A DNA stretch of 64,000 bases, taken from positions 4,402,001 to 4,466,000 of the forward strand of contig OZ193910.1 of NCBI GenBank assembly GCA_964276515.1, given 5' to 3'. The number at the start of each line of letters is the position of its first letter. Within the stretch, counting starts at the first letter, position 1. Shown piece after piece: positions 12,001 through 25,150 of this stretch. Position numbers and translations under genes: made by a program. The DNA comes from Gordius albopunctatus. Lineage: Eukaryota. The notes under the pieces are model-generated. The model had not been told where the DNA came from. It was given only the letters and a program-made list of their open reading frames with translations, and searched no databases.

Positions 12001-15000
12001 ATCCATATAAATGATAATGACAAATTTATTTTACTTGGAAGTGAGGGCCATGACCCACTTCATAAAATTAGACCCTTGATATCTATAACCACAAATATAC
12101 TAAAATCTTTAGCGATAGGGGAAAATAAAATTTGATGGTACCATTTTCTAGATTTGGAATAAATTCTATATAATGAAATTAAAGAATCCATAAAATCTAC
12201 ACCTCCCATTGATTTATTATAAACTTTCACAATGTTTGGACATGTGATCATTATTTTATCCTTTATTTTTCTATCGTATCTCTCGCAATCAATAAGAGGA
12301 TGTGCACCTACAAAAGTGCTCAATAATGTGACAGCACGGTTGTCATGCCACTTCACTGAATTCAACTCGACTCCATTTATTACTGTTTTTTTGGAAACAA
12401 AAGAACCTCGTCCTTTTTGTTTCAACTCCTTATCGGTTGGAAATTGGATATTAGGTAGTCGATTCCCTCTTACCGTGGCTGTGCAAAAAATACCTCTTTG
12501 TGCCAGTACGACTTGCAAATGTGTTGAACAAAACCAGTTGTCAAAAAATAATTTATGATTGATTTGCTGCAGTATATAAGATATTAAATGTAGCACAGCA
12601 TTGCCACTTGCTCCAACATCCGGCAATCCTTCCGCTGGTAGTATTTTCCCAGATTATATTTCAAAATTATGGAGAAGGCCATCATCTCCGCATAGTAGAA
12701 ATACTTTATAACCCCATTTTTTGGGCTTTTGGGGGTTATATTGCTTTAACCTGCTCCTCCCTTTGTATGGAATGATTTGCTCATCTACGCAAATATTTTC
12801 CCCTATCGCTAAAGATTTTAGTATATTTGTGGTTATAGATATCAAGGGTCTAATTTTATGAAGTGGGTCATGGCCCTCACTTCCAAGTAAAATAAATTTG
12901 TCATTATCATTTATATGGATGAATGATTTGATTTGTTCCCAGTGATTTAGGGTCATGACATCAGCCACCTTTGGCTGTCTTGTATTGGTGGCCCAGTAGA
13001 GTCGTGCTGTGGGAAGTTTAATAATTGACATGTAAAAAAGAATTCCTATAAATTTTTCTAATTCATCTGTTGATAAGTTCATAGGTTTGTTGGGATTGCC
13101 TTGAATTGCATATAAATTTGATTGGTAAACAATTAGAGGTAATAAATCTTTGAGATATTTATTGAAATAATCCATTGGTTTTTTGACTTTATCAACATTT
13201 GGGTTTTCTCCTTTCCACTTTGGAATAACTACCGGTAAATTACAATTTTTCCAAATAATTTTTCTCCCGGTCCTTTTTTTATTATTGATATTTTCATCCT
13301 CTTCCGATTCATCACTCTCATTAAAATCTAGATATTTATAGATTATATAAGAGCATACATTTTATACACACATATTTATTTACACTAAATCCCTCAATGT
13401 AAATCATGCAAATTAAAATACATAATATAATTTAATAAAATCTAATGATCAATAAATATTAGAATAAAACTAAGCATATCAAAATAAAAACTTAGCAATT
13501 TAATTTTAAAAAACATAGCATTTCCTATACTTAGCAATTTGTAATTTTTTACTTAGATAACACCCTTTTAAATATACCTAAATCATTATTTTGGGTTGAC
13601 AGAACCTCCTCATCAGACGATTCACTTAAATTTGAATCTTCACTATCATTAGGTATGGTACCACAATTCATAATTCTAAAAATATAACACTCAAATAAAA
13701 TACCTTATGTGCATAATATGTCTTTAAAGCAACATATGTTTATTGTGTATTAATCATATGTAAAATAATATTTATATATATAATTATATATTTAATATTA
13801 ATTTCTACCTTTGATTTATCGAATTTTAATGTTTTTAAAGTCGTCCAATAAATTCTTTGACAATATAACACGTGTAGAAAATACACCATTTAAATTTTAT
13901 AAAAAATCGCCATTTTGTAAAATAGGGTTTTAATAAAATGCGAGATTAAAAACATATAATAGGTCACGTGGGCTATATTAACATTCGAATCGAAGATATG
14001 AGTTGTGGCTTCAAATACACACCATGCACTTGAGTTGAAATTTATTTATATATTATTTATTCATAATTTGTGGTATGTGTATTTAGATATACAGTATGCG
14101 GTACACGGTTTTGCCGTCTTTGAAATTTCTGCTATGTCGCAGGTCTTATTATAACGTAAGTGACACACTTAAATATCGGGCAAGAATCTATTTTTAATAA
14201 ATTTCATTGAAATCTCTTTTATGTGGCGATTTTTTAAAAATGAACCTTTCTTGGGATGTACATGATGTGGATTTATAAACGTATTTATATGGTCGTACAC
14301 TAATAGAATATGCCTAACCTGAGTCTATTACATCTTTGAAATTAGAGCCTTCTAAGTACTTTCTGAAGATCATGGTGAATCATATAATAATTCCAAAAAT
14401 TGTCTTAATTTACTGCAGCCATAAACGTTTCAAAGTTTTGTTGCCGGGTCGGGGGCTTTGGGGAAGTAAAAGGTATTAAAATATTTAAGAAAAATCCCCA
14501 ATAAATTTATCAGGCATGTGGGTGGCTTTTAATTTACTTCCTAGCCATGCTCATCACCTCATCTGGCACTTATATTATTTATATTAAAAACCTAGTTAAG
14601 AATAATTTTTATCTTCTTAATTTTACAATATAAATATAAAAATCATGTACATGATTTTTTTATAAAAAGCTAAGCCCGGTGACGAATGTGATGTTCAAAC
14701 ACAAATCGGCTGCAAAATATACGCCCGCGAAAAATGTGTGGAAGTCAGTGGAAGGGGAGTTTGTCTATGTATTTACGGATACTCCAGAAATCCAAACACT
14801 CTAACATGTGAAAGTAATTTTATCTCGGCCCATTGATCTTTTTTTATAAACATTTTGGTACTTAAATAATGAAGTCTAGTCTCTAAAACATTTCAATTGT
14901 TACTTAATTTTTATGCATTTTCTCATGTTGCCATCGTTTATCATTAGGAGTCTCGCCTCAATGTAATGCTGTTACTAACACTGGTTGCCCGCCTTCAGAA

Positions 15001-18000
15001 AAGTGCGAATGGCAGGGTGAAATAACAGTATGCAATTGCTTGCCAGGTTATGTTCGCAACGCCTTAACTCAGCGATGTCAAAGTGAGCATATATATATTT
15101 GTAATAAATTTATGTTTTTATATTCCCATTCAAACTCTCATTATTAACAAAAGAATCAAATATCTAAATTATACATTTTTTAAGCTCGTTATTTTTTGAG
15201 CAAGAAATCGTCTGCAATTTTTCTAGTAATAAGGCCATATATATTATATATTGTCGCTACAAAGTTCTTAGTGTTCCTTTTAAAAATTCTTTATAGAGTT
15301 TTTTTATATTCTTCCACGTTAATTTGTTACTCAATAAAATTAAGAGCTTAGATAATATATAGGCAACTTATGACGAGATTCGCATCTTCTACCTTACTTA
15401 TCCCATCTAATTATATTATGATATGCTTGTGTCTTATGTTATGATTGTCTACTCTTTCAAATTCTTAGTAATTTGAATTATAATTGCACTGGCGTATAAA
15501 TGGGTAATAAACAAAAAATTAAATGTTCTAATACAGCCATCAATAAGGCATTAAAATCCATAAGTCTATTATAATAATTAAACCATTCTAGTAATTTGGC
15601 ATTTAGATATGCTCTAAGTGCTATCTTTTTTATGCTCAAACCTTATTTAAAGTTCCATTTCACCTGTACTATCGGCAGTCGCTCTCGTTGAATTATATTT
15701 TTTAATAAGGCTTCTGCATATCAGCTATATTTGAGTATTTAAACCTAAATTTCTAAATGGTTAAAAATTCTTGGGACAGTGAGGTAGGGTAAAATTCCTC
15801 TCTCTATAGGAAAGTTTTAAGGATCTGTAAATAAAAACTCTAAAGGTCCATATAATATCAAAAAGTGAAGCTACAAAAAGTTTAATAATACCGCGGTGAG
15901 GATAAATAAAAATAATCCCATAAACATTTGACAACTGAAATACGGATATATAGCTTTCCTTATATATTAGTTTTTTGTGATATAATAATTTTTTTTTGAT
16001 TTTACCCTAAGTTTGATTGTCTGATGTTAAATACTATTATATAAATTAGAGAATAAAATTTTAAAAAATTTTACTAATTTTATAGTTATAAATTAATCTA
16101 GATTTTATAGGTGGTTGCTCTAAAATATAATCATGGTAAGTTAGAGGATAAATAGAGGTGTTTATTTAATTAAAAAGTCGATACAAGGAGTGTCTGCTAA
16201 CTTTATTTTTCCAAAAGATTTTTTATCCAAAAATCATTTATAATTTAACGTGCAATGATTCTTTATTAACAGAGAAAGTTTTAAATTATACAAATCAAAT
16301 TAGGCGATCACATATTAATATATAGATTTAAGAACGTGGAGGCACCATTGTTGATAAAATCCCTCTATAATTAAAATATCTTATATAGGTTGCCTAGGCA
16401 TGTCGGTATAAATGCATGTTTAATTTTGAACTTTAAAGATGGACCTAATATCATTTTATTTAAAGGTGATACGTCCACAATCCGAGTTCGCATTCATTTG
16501 CTGCTCGTGTATGTGCCAGGATTAGAAAACGTGTATAGCCCGTCATTTCAACAACTACAAAACATACTACTTGAAGCTGTATGCTATCGGCAAAATTAAA
16601 CCTTTTACTTTTTATCTCTTTTATATTCTCTAACAAATTTTTATTGATTTTTTTAATTTTAAATTTAAAAGTAACTATTTATAAGGGTATTTTGCTAAAC
16701 AGTTTTGGTACGTAGTATCTCGAGACCCCGAGTTAAACCAAGCCATTTTGGACATTGTGATTTTGAGATTTTTGCCGGGTAGTATTATAGCTGACACTCG
16801 GTTTATAATACAATCGTCAGCCAACGTATCGGGTAACTACATCAAGGATACCATTCAAAATTCCATAATTCCCCCAGAACCAGTTTTCCAATCACTTAGG
16901 TTTAAGGATGCCACTGTCGAAGATGTTGAAGGTTAACAAATATAAATCTAATAGTATTATTTAAATATACATTTTACTTTATAAAAAAGACAGAGAAAAG
17001 GAAAAAAAATTGACTTTAAACTAAACATCTTATGGAGATTGCGATACTCTTAATTTTTTACATTGTAACTTAAAAAATGTAACTGAACCTTTATTCTCAT
17101 TGCTTATTTCATATATGTTTAAATTGTATTCAAATGTTAGAGGAAAGTCCTTGTTCAGACCCAACACTAAATTACTGCAGCGTCAACGCCACTTGTTATC
17201 CGAAAGGGTCCGTCTATTCGTGCAAATGTTTGCCCGGTTATAGAGATGTCTCCACTCCTGGACTCACAGGAGAAAAATGCGAAAGTAAAGACTTTGTCGC
17301 TTTTGGCTTACACAATTATAGAATTAAATTTTGAAAGATTAGCGAATTTCAACTAATAATAATATCAAAATATGTAAATGACCATGATTATTTTTATGTT
17401 TATAAGTATTTTTATCAAAAATTTGGGCGAAGATAATATTTTATTTCTATTCATTCGTTTACGCAGTGGAATGCTCTGATTTGTTTTGCACGTCGAAAGG
17501 CAAATGTTATTTTGAAGGGGACATCAGAAAATGTCGGTAAGTGAATTTACCTTTTCAGATTTCAAAATTTTAATTAATTCTTAATATAGATGCTCAATCG
17601 GTCATTACGGAAAATTGTGTCAAATAAATGGAATAGGTAATAATCATAGTGATTTAATAATTTTAAATAATATTGTCACATATATTTTATTTAGTTTAAC
17701 TATTTTCCAGCTGGATAAAAATATAATACAAGAATTGAAAAAAAATTTGTGGGTTTAATAGCATCTTTCATTTTTGATCATCTAAACCTATTAAATTAAT
17801 ATTATTTAGATTTAATTGTTTCAGATAATTAAATACATAATGACTATGATCATTTATTTGGTGTTTATACTAAAGATATCTTTAATATCTTTTAAATTTT
17901 TATATTGATTAAATATGTTTTATTCTTATAACTATTTACAGCCATTTTAATAACGTTGGTCGTCACTATTCTGCTACTCATAACCCTTACGATATCTATG

Positions 18001-21000
18001 ATCTGTAAGAGCAAAACAAGACGCATTAGGGAAAAGAAGTAAAGCCTTAATGTTTAAAAGGCGCACTACGTTTTAATATAAAAATCTTTACCTTTATATT
18101 TCATTACGATAATACCTATTAAAGTCTTCAATCTTATAATTAATTGTGATAAAGATTAATATATAATTTTTTAATAGTATAATTGGTAAAATAAACTTAA
18201 ATGTTTTTTTGTTCTTTAAATATATAATTTACGTTATGTTGCATAAAAATAGCGCTAAAGCTGATGGCGACAATTTTGCGCGAAGGGAAGTTAGTAAAGA
18301 TGGTAAGAAAAAAATGAAAGGAATAACGGATAAATCAAAGGTTACAACCAAAACTTCGGGTACAGATGAACGCAGCATGTCTTCAAGGTATCGTAAATTA
18401 TCTATCGGGTCGGAAAGACCGAATCTCGTCGAAATTATATCATCTCAAGGGGAGAACATTGTAAGTAAAATAAGATTTTAGTAAGTTTATTATTGCAATA
18501 TCAAATAGAATCTCAAGTAGCGAAAGTAGATATCCCATTTTGATTGAACATTTTGAGAAATCTATTTCGGACCTTTTATCTTTTTAAATTAAGCAGTATA
18601 ACCATTTTAATTAAAAGGCATCTTTTTAAACTTTCTGAATTTACAAAGAGTAAATAAATTGTAGTAATCTTTTAATCAATTATAGTAAGAAATATTTTTG
18701 TTTGCACCTGACTTATTTCTAACATAATCTTATGATTAGCATATAAACTTCCAATAATGGATATTTTGTCTGATTCGTACACATTAACATTTAAACTTGA
18801 TCTAGAGGGGGGCAATAATGATTAAGGGGGGGCAAAAGGATCATCTTTTGAAATTTTAGCCATTTTATAAATTTTAACAAATTTTTGGATTTAGAGGGGG
18901 CAGCCGTCCAACCCTGCCCCCCCCCCACTCCTTGGCTAAGCCCATGTGGATTTTTAAAAACTTTAATGTTCCTTTTGTGTCTGCATGGTCACCCCGAGGC
19001 CCGACCCCAAAGCAAATTCTATTTAATAATTTACTAAAATCATTTACTTATTCATTAATCCAATGAGGATAAATAGAAAGTTCTTACAGCGTATTTAATC
19101 TTCGAGAGTACTTGTGAAAATCTCAAACCTGAGCTGACTTGTTGGGTATATCGAACCCTATTCTTAGTAATCATAACTTTAATATGAATAAAGGAAGCTT
19201 CCCAATTTTTTAATATAAGTTAATTAAAGCCTTTTATAGGTTTGTGTAAAAATTCATTTAATTATAAATAGTAGTTTAATAATAATATGCAATTTGGTAA
19301 ACCCAAAGAATTTATAAAATTCAAAATGTTAAGTTTGATTTTTGTTGTGGACATCATGCAGTTAATAAAAATTATAAAAAGCAAATGTTTTTTTATTATA
19401 TAAGGTTTAAAAAATAAAAAATAACATGCATTGTTATGAAATGATTTTAAAAATAGAAGAATTTTAGAAGTGGTCTTTTTTAGGCTTGTTACTAATTTTA
19501 AAAGCACCATATGGCTGAGATTGCCTATAATTCGAAGTTATGTATTAAAAGTTTTTGCATCCACATGAGAATAGATTTTGGAGCGAAGGTTGTTAGGCTT
19601 TAGAAAATATTGGTCCGGTCTGATAGGTTACGATGGTTCAATTTAAAAATACCAAAAACAAGAAATTTTCCCAACAAATCATTTATTTTTTCCGCACACC
19701 AGTTTGTTGTTATAATTTTTGGTTTGTGTGTTATAATTAATGAGGTAAAATGGTTGGTAAAAAACAACATGAAACAATCAAGGGCTGGCAATACTTTCTT
19801 CCCCACTCATAGGCATAGCCAGGATTGCCTCAAGAGGGGGGTGGGGGTTCAAAATTTTTTGATATATAAATTATAATACTATTAAGAAAATTTTAAGCTT
19901 ATATACAGTAGTGGCGGAGGCAGGATCATCTAAGTAAGGGGTACGAGGGGGCGGGCAGGGTAAATTTTGTGTCAAAGAGTTTCGAGTAAACAAAAATGAA
20001 TTATAATTATATAAATTCAATATCTAAGATGGATTTTTGGTGAAAAATGCCAAATTGCAACGAGTCCTTTCAATATTTCTGTTTGTGCTAATTAGGCCCA
20101 TTGTTGAACTAAACACTTGCATGGACCTTTTAGGCTTAATTTTCCCACCACTACTAAAAAATTTCCCCCTGAGATTATAAGCCCGAGTTCGCCCCACTAA
20201 TTTTTTCTAATGCACAGGCCCAGCCTACACCCTCCCAAAAAATCTTATATATTCTGCGGCTTTTTAAACATTTTTTGTCAGTACCAAAACAATTATTTCT
20301 ATGTTAAAATTGTTTATTAATAATGTTAAATACATTAGTCTCAAGCAGGCTTTTGTTTCTTCCAACAAGTTAAATTTTCATTAGTAGCACTTGAAGCTGC
20401 ATAAAATCATTTATGCTAATTAAAACTCTATGCTAGGATAATTTTATACTAAATATACATATTTTTGTTAATGTTTCACGATTACCTTTTTAAAAAATAA
20501 AAGCATCGGGATCCACTTTTTTAAGAATCACAAGTTCTATGAATAAATAGCAAAAAAAATTAATAAGGATTTGTTTGTATTGTAAAGTTAAATAATAATA
20601 AAATTTGATAAACATCATAAAAACACCATTTTTATCTATTACAACAAAAAGGTTTTGCCCCTTCTAATAGCTAGAACGATCCCGAGCCCCTTTTATTACC
20701 ATAACGCTCGTCCAAGTTAGGCCCGCAATTTTTAACAAAAGCCCATGCCCGGATTTTGGGGTGCCAGCTGTATTTGCTATAATAAAGTTAGCTAAACTTA
20801 AAAAAATGAATTTACTAAAGCATAAGAAATATTAATTTTTAGTTGAATACGCACAATTTGACTCTAGAATCAGCACGCACAATTTCTAAAGAAATAAAAT
20901 TTCAAAGTATGTTTTGAAATGAAGCATGAATGAAAGAAATGTGCAAAACGCTTTGTAAAATTATGATTTACATTAATATTAATTATTTGTATTTTATTAT

Positions 21001-22821
21001 TATACTTGTCTCTAGTTGTTTAAACAACCATATTAAATACTTTTAAAAATAAAATAATTATTTACCTTATAACTAAAATTTGGTTTGTATCAGCATTTTC
21101 CTCGTTTATTTTAGAGGTTGAGATAGTTTTTTAGAAAAATAATTAGGAATTATATTTCTTATTACAAAACACGCACTCGGGACAGAAAGTTTTTGTACAA
21201 ATAGTGTTAGAATTAGTATATTTCATCTAAAATTAAATTTCAAATTAATTAGGATAACTTATTATTTCTATAAGCGCAAACAAGACTCCTATTAATATCA
21301 TTGAAATTTTCCGCATAATTTGAAAAAAAAGTCAAACTTTTTTGCCCAGGGGGCCTTCCCTACGCTAATGCCCACTCCTTTAATTCCTAGCAAACGTGTT
21401 ATAATATTATGATATCTTGTTTTTTTTAATTTGGTAGGAGTTTTTATTCCATAAGTTCCATCTTTACCTATTCTAAATATAAAATATATTTGATTTTCAT
21501 ACCATATAAATATTTAGTTTTTGCCAATTTTATACCAGTCTATATATTTATCTGAATTGCTTCCATTGTTACTTTCAATTGAATCATCCTGTTCTTGATG
21601 TTGATATGAAGTCATCTAACGATTTTTACCATCACAACTTGTACTTGAGGATTTTAAGCAATAATAAATAGAGATATTCATAAGACCTGATTACAAAAGT
21701 AAAATGGCTCCACAAAAGTATCGATAACTGGAAAATATAAGTTGCAATATTCATTTTAAATGTTATATACATGCTTAAATACTATTTTTAAAGTATTACT
21801 AAAAAATTAAACAAACTTAAAAGAATTTCATAGTAGACTTCAAAAATATTAGGGCGGGAACACATGATAATTTTAGTTAATATAGCTTTTGTTAAATTAT
21901 TAAAATACTGAATAACCCAAAGCTCCATATTTAAAATTATTTAGGTAATATATAAATTAACACTTTCGTGGGACCTTAACATAGGCGTTGCCAGGATTGG
22001 AGCAATAATGCTTTAGGTCGGGTAAAATGATAATTTTATAAAATTTTAGCCTTAATTATATTAAATTTGACTAGTTTCAGGATTTAGAGGGGGGCAATCG
22101 CCCCTCCCTGGCACCCCCTGGCTACGTCCATGAGGTTAATGTTGTTTATTAATCGGTCCATATCCCTGATAAAATTTATGGTTGAAAATTGTTTTAACAT
22201 TTTTTATATATGCACATATCTTATCTATAGTAGATTGTTTTAAATTAGATATTAATATTAAATCATTTTATGGTATAAAAATATAAGCTAAAACTTAATA
22301 GAAAGGATGTTTGGTCGGGCTCAGGCCAAAGACTTGGGCCACTAAAATGCAATTTCTCTTGTTATATTCTTAACAACAACACTATTAAAACTATATATAT
22401 TCTAAAATTAAACTTTTTCATCATGGCATAACTTTTGCTCTGTTCTACGTATAGTAAATAAACATTTTTATGTGATCTTTAGGAATCGACTGCAAGCACA
22501 TCAGTATCGGCTAGCGGTAATTATATGAGCACGATGGCACCTAATCAGTCAGCACCCGGACCGAGTGCGCGAGATCTGAACAACGGTTCTCCTCTCCGTA
22601 TTATAACGCGTAATTCTTTCCGACAAATCAACAAAAATGAAGAATATACTCCTTGGTGGCATTCCGAAAATACTGAAACTGATGGTAGCCTTAACGAAGA
22701 GACAACTGAAGATGGTGTTAATAAATTGGAATCGCCCAATCAGCAACACCTCCATAGACCTATGGCTATTATCCACCATACTATAGCTCCCCCACCCCCT
22801 ATGCCACCTCGCTTACCCTAA
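3066..22821 (+). CDS. Multi-exon type-I transmembrane protein with EGF-like and SEA domains (mucin / cell-surface matrix receptor-like)
   Basis: Phase-compatible GT-AG exons: 3066-3168 (tentative first exon), 5567-5707 (hydrophobic signal-like LCFALLFYGHILITWPSATA), 5892-6578 (low complexity + EGF), 7093-7205 and 7652-7874 (SEA, QPGSTIV), 8147-8299, 8615-8743, 9439-9570, 14670-14813, 14948-15082 (five 6-Cys EGF-like exons), 16466-16578 and 16703-16931 (SEA, LPGSIIA), 17141-17284 (EGF), 17467-17536 and 17590-17636 (EGF), 17942-18038 (TM ILITLVVTILLLITLTISMIC + basic stop-transfer), 18253-18460 and 22483-22821 (cytoplasmic, Pro-rich end). The frame stays open throughout. Confidence 0.88.
3402..3679. 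mobile_element. hAT MITE (CAGGCGCGTAGCCA TIR family)
   Basis: Ends cagacgcgtagcca ... tggctacgctcccg. Perfect 8-bp TSD attcaacg at 3394-3401 and 3680-3687. Confidence 0.9.
4152..4833. mobile_element. hAT MITE (same TIR family)
   Basis: Ends caggcgcgtaacca ... tggctacgcgcccg. Perfect 8-bp TSD ggccaagg at 4144-4151 and 4834-4841. Confidence 0.9.
6695..6903 (+). mobile_element. tRNA-derived SINE in an intron of the EGF/SEA gene
   Basis: Pol III A-box-like tggcgtagtttg and B-box ggttcaatccc in the first ~70 nt. 13-bp TSD aatggcatccttt at 6682-6694 and 6904-6916. Confidence 0.8.
9957..10773. mobile_element. Non-autonomous hAT element with inverted arrays of ~30-bp subterminal repeats
   Basis: TIR tagtgatggtgaaa / tttcaccataacta. 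Perfect 8-bp TSD atgtgact (9949-9956, 10774-10781). Arrays of ggcgctacagttatagcacatagtcacac-like units at about 10020-10210, with their reverse complement at about 10560-10750. Confidence 0.9.
10861..14103. repeat. Large inverted duplication (fold-back) of a piggyBac 5' half; arms 10861-12127 and 12794-14103, 666-nt spacer
   Basis: The arms are near-identical reverse complements. ORF 11746 (+) and ORF 13175 (-) encode the same MDYFNKYLKDLL... peptide. The spacer carries the unique continuation of the transposase. Confidence 0.95.
12128..13671 (-). pseudogene. piggyBac (DDE_Tnp_1_7 / PGBD-like) transposase, spliced, one premature stop, 3'-truncated
   Basis: Exon 1 13671-13578 (MNCGTIPNDSEDS...), a 250-nt phase-1 intron, then exon 2 from 13327 in frame with ORFs 12654-13175 and 12060-12626. 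Motifs: VDEQIIPYKGR, KPKKWGYK, FFDNWF, YNKSMGGVDFMD, KWY. A single TAA at 12654-12656. The C-terminal Cys-rich domain is lost at the fold-back junction. Confidence 0.92.
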
Positions 22822-25150
22822 TTACCCGGTACCTAACATAGGAAATTTATTGATAATTAAGTTCCGCTAATAAAATCGGAAATTATTGAAGAGATCCAAT
22901 ATGTTTTAATGCTTGCATGACAAAAGGTAGCTTTTACCTACTCAATCTATGTCTGTGGGGCCTACACCAATTTAGTTCAGTTGTATTGTAATAATTTTTA
23001 ATCTGATTTTAATTTTTGACTATTATTGTATATTAAAAATTCGGGAATATGTTTATTGCTACATATCAATAAACAAAGTGTGGGCTACACTCGTCTTTAC
23101 AATATAATTTCAAGGTTAAACATCTTTCAACATGTTAGAGCATAAGAGCTATGTATTTTACAATACACATATGAAATTGAGATATTTTGAATGTATTAGT
23201 ATATAATTAATGTAATTCAACATGATTAAAATCATTCTTGGGGCCCACATCAAAACATTTAATTAAAATGTTGATATGATAGGTATGAAATTTTTTAAAT
23301 GGTCACATTGTCGTGATTTATAAGAAAAATATATTAAGAAAGGAAGTTCTAACAAACCTAAATACTTAAACCACAAAACTTTTAAACATAGGTCAATTGT
23401 TTTGGGATGGGATGCATTTATTCTAGGTAATAATAAGAAAAAGGGAAAAGAATAAAGTTAGTGCTTTGTAAGAGTATGGTCTTGTTTATATAGACAGTAA
23501 AGTAAAGAGGTTATTTTATATAATATTTCAAGTTAATGTTCAATTAACGCTTTAAAAACACCGTTGGCTATTTTTATACAATTAATCAATTACGATTCTA
23601 CAAATGCTCTTTAGGGTAAAAACGGGATTTTTGCAAAAATTAGAAAAAAATTTGTTTGATGGAAGAGAGGTGTAAGTGATGTTTGCACTACTAGCCATTT
23701 TGTTTTTTGCCTACCGTGGTTGTTAGTGAGGTGGCCGAGGTGTGAGTGATGGTTGTGGGAAGTTGTTATGCTCTTCAATAAATTCGCGGGCAGACGCATC
23801 AATATTATAATCCTAATCGGTCATCACTTCAGCCGGTCAGTGGTGGTGATAATGCTCTTAGTAGTAGATGTTATTGTTTTGTCAACCGTCCCATCAAATA
23901 TCGTTTGATTTTTGTCATGCATTGGCCGAAATTGTCTAAATCCTTGCTTATAACAAGAGGTGGTGTGTTGATTTTATGGTGAATTGTTGATGTGAATGTG
24001 GTCCTAAGGAGCAGGGGATCGGCAGCAGACGTTGCAAAAGTTGATTCTAGGTTGTCATCGTATAACTAGGTAGGTACTTTCATTCGTTCACAGCATTTGG
24101 ACACGTATGGTTGAAGGGTTGACTTTGCATCTCGAGATTCTTTGCCAGTGTTGTATTTGGTGATGGCTAGAGAAAGTAGTGCCCAAACAATCTGAATTGC
24201 ATTATTTTTAACCAAGATAACCATGACAACGGAAGTGTTATGGGGGAGGAATAAAAAAACGGCTCCCTTGAAATTCAGGGTCACCAGTTTTTGGGAGGGT
24301 AAATATTTATAAAAGGTAAATTATAAAGAGAAGGACAATTTTGAATTGCGCATTGAGTTACTGATGAATGATTATATAAAGAAGGATATGTAATTTAATT
24401 TTTATTGTGAATATTATTAATATTAAAAACTTTTATTTATTTTAATCATCTTTATAAAACATGTAGATTTTTGACGAATAATAAACTTTATCAAAAAAAA
24501 ATATAAAACAGAAAAACATTCTAAAAACACACCTTTGTATATAGTTTAAAATACACAAACAAATACTTAAATGGTTTTGTAACGGGCTTTCCTTACTTAT
24601 TTCTAGACCCGGCCCGCGCCCACTGGATAACATAGGGGCCCGTCCAGGCCCGGCCCAGGTAGAAGCACGGCCCGCGGACCGGGCTTTTTGGTTTGTCTTT
24701 GGGCCGGGCCGAGCAGTTCTCTAGTAAACACGCGTATAAATAATCACTATATAAAGCTACATCATTAAAAGGCTAAAACTAAGCGAGGCCTCTAAAGTTT
24801 GCGCCAATATTACTTTGCTCTAAATGTCATAAAACCATATTTTAGCTGTTTAGTGACGTAGAAGGATTAAAATCTAGATTATTTATTCGACAAAGGAATA
24901 AGAAATAAATAAATTTACGATTTTTTTTAACAACTGAGGATATGACATATTATATTAATGTTTGCTTAAAAATACGTTAATACACAACATACTTAACCCA
25001 TAAAGTCTACCGTCGTGTATAGCATATGAAAAGTGTACCAATTTGAATGAGTAAATATGCATACTAAAAGACCTTTTTAATATTATCAAATATAGTTAAG
25101 TTTAAGATGTAATTAACCTTCCTGGGAATCATTTTTACTATATTTGCTTA

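Noticed and set aside
20843..20906. Possible extra cytoplasmic exon of the EGF/SEA gene (ttag...gtatgt)
   Set aside because: Its phases do not fit between the phase-0 junctions at 18460 and 22483.
23620..24300. GC-richer minus-strand stretch with QPRINFCNVCC, possibly a LINE ORF1/gag remnant
   Set aside because: Multiple stops in all frames and no diagnostic motif; cannot be assigned without a search.
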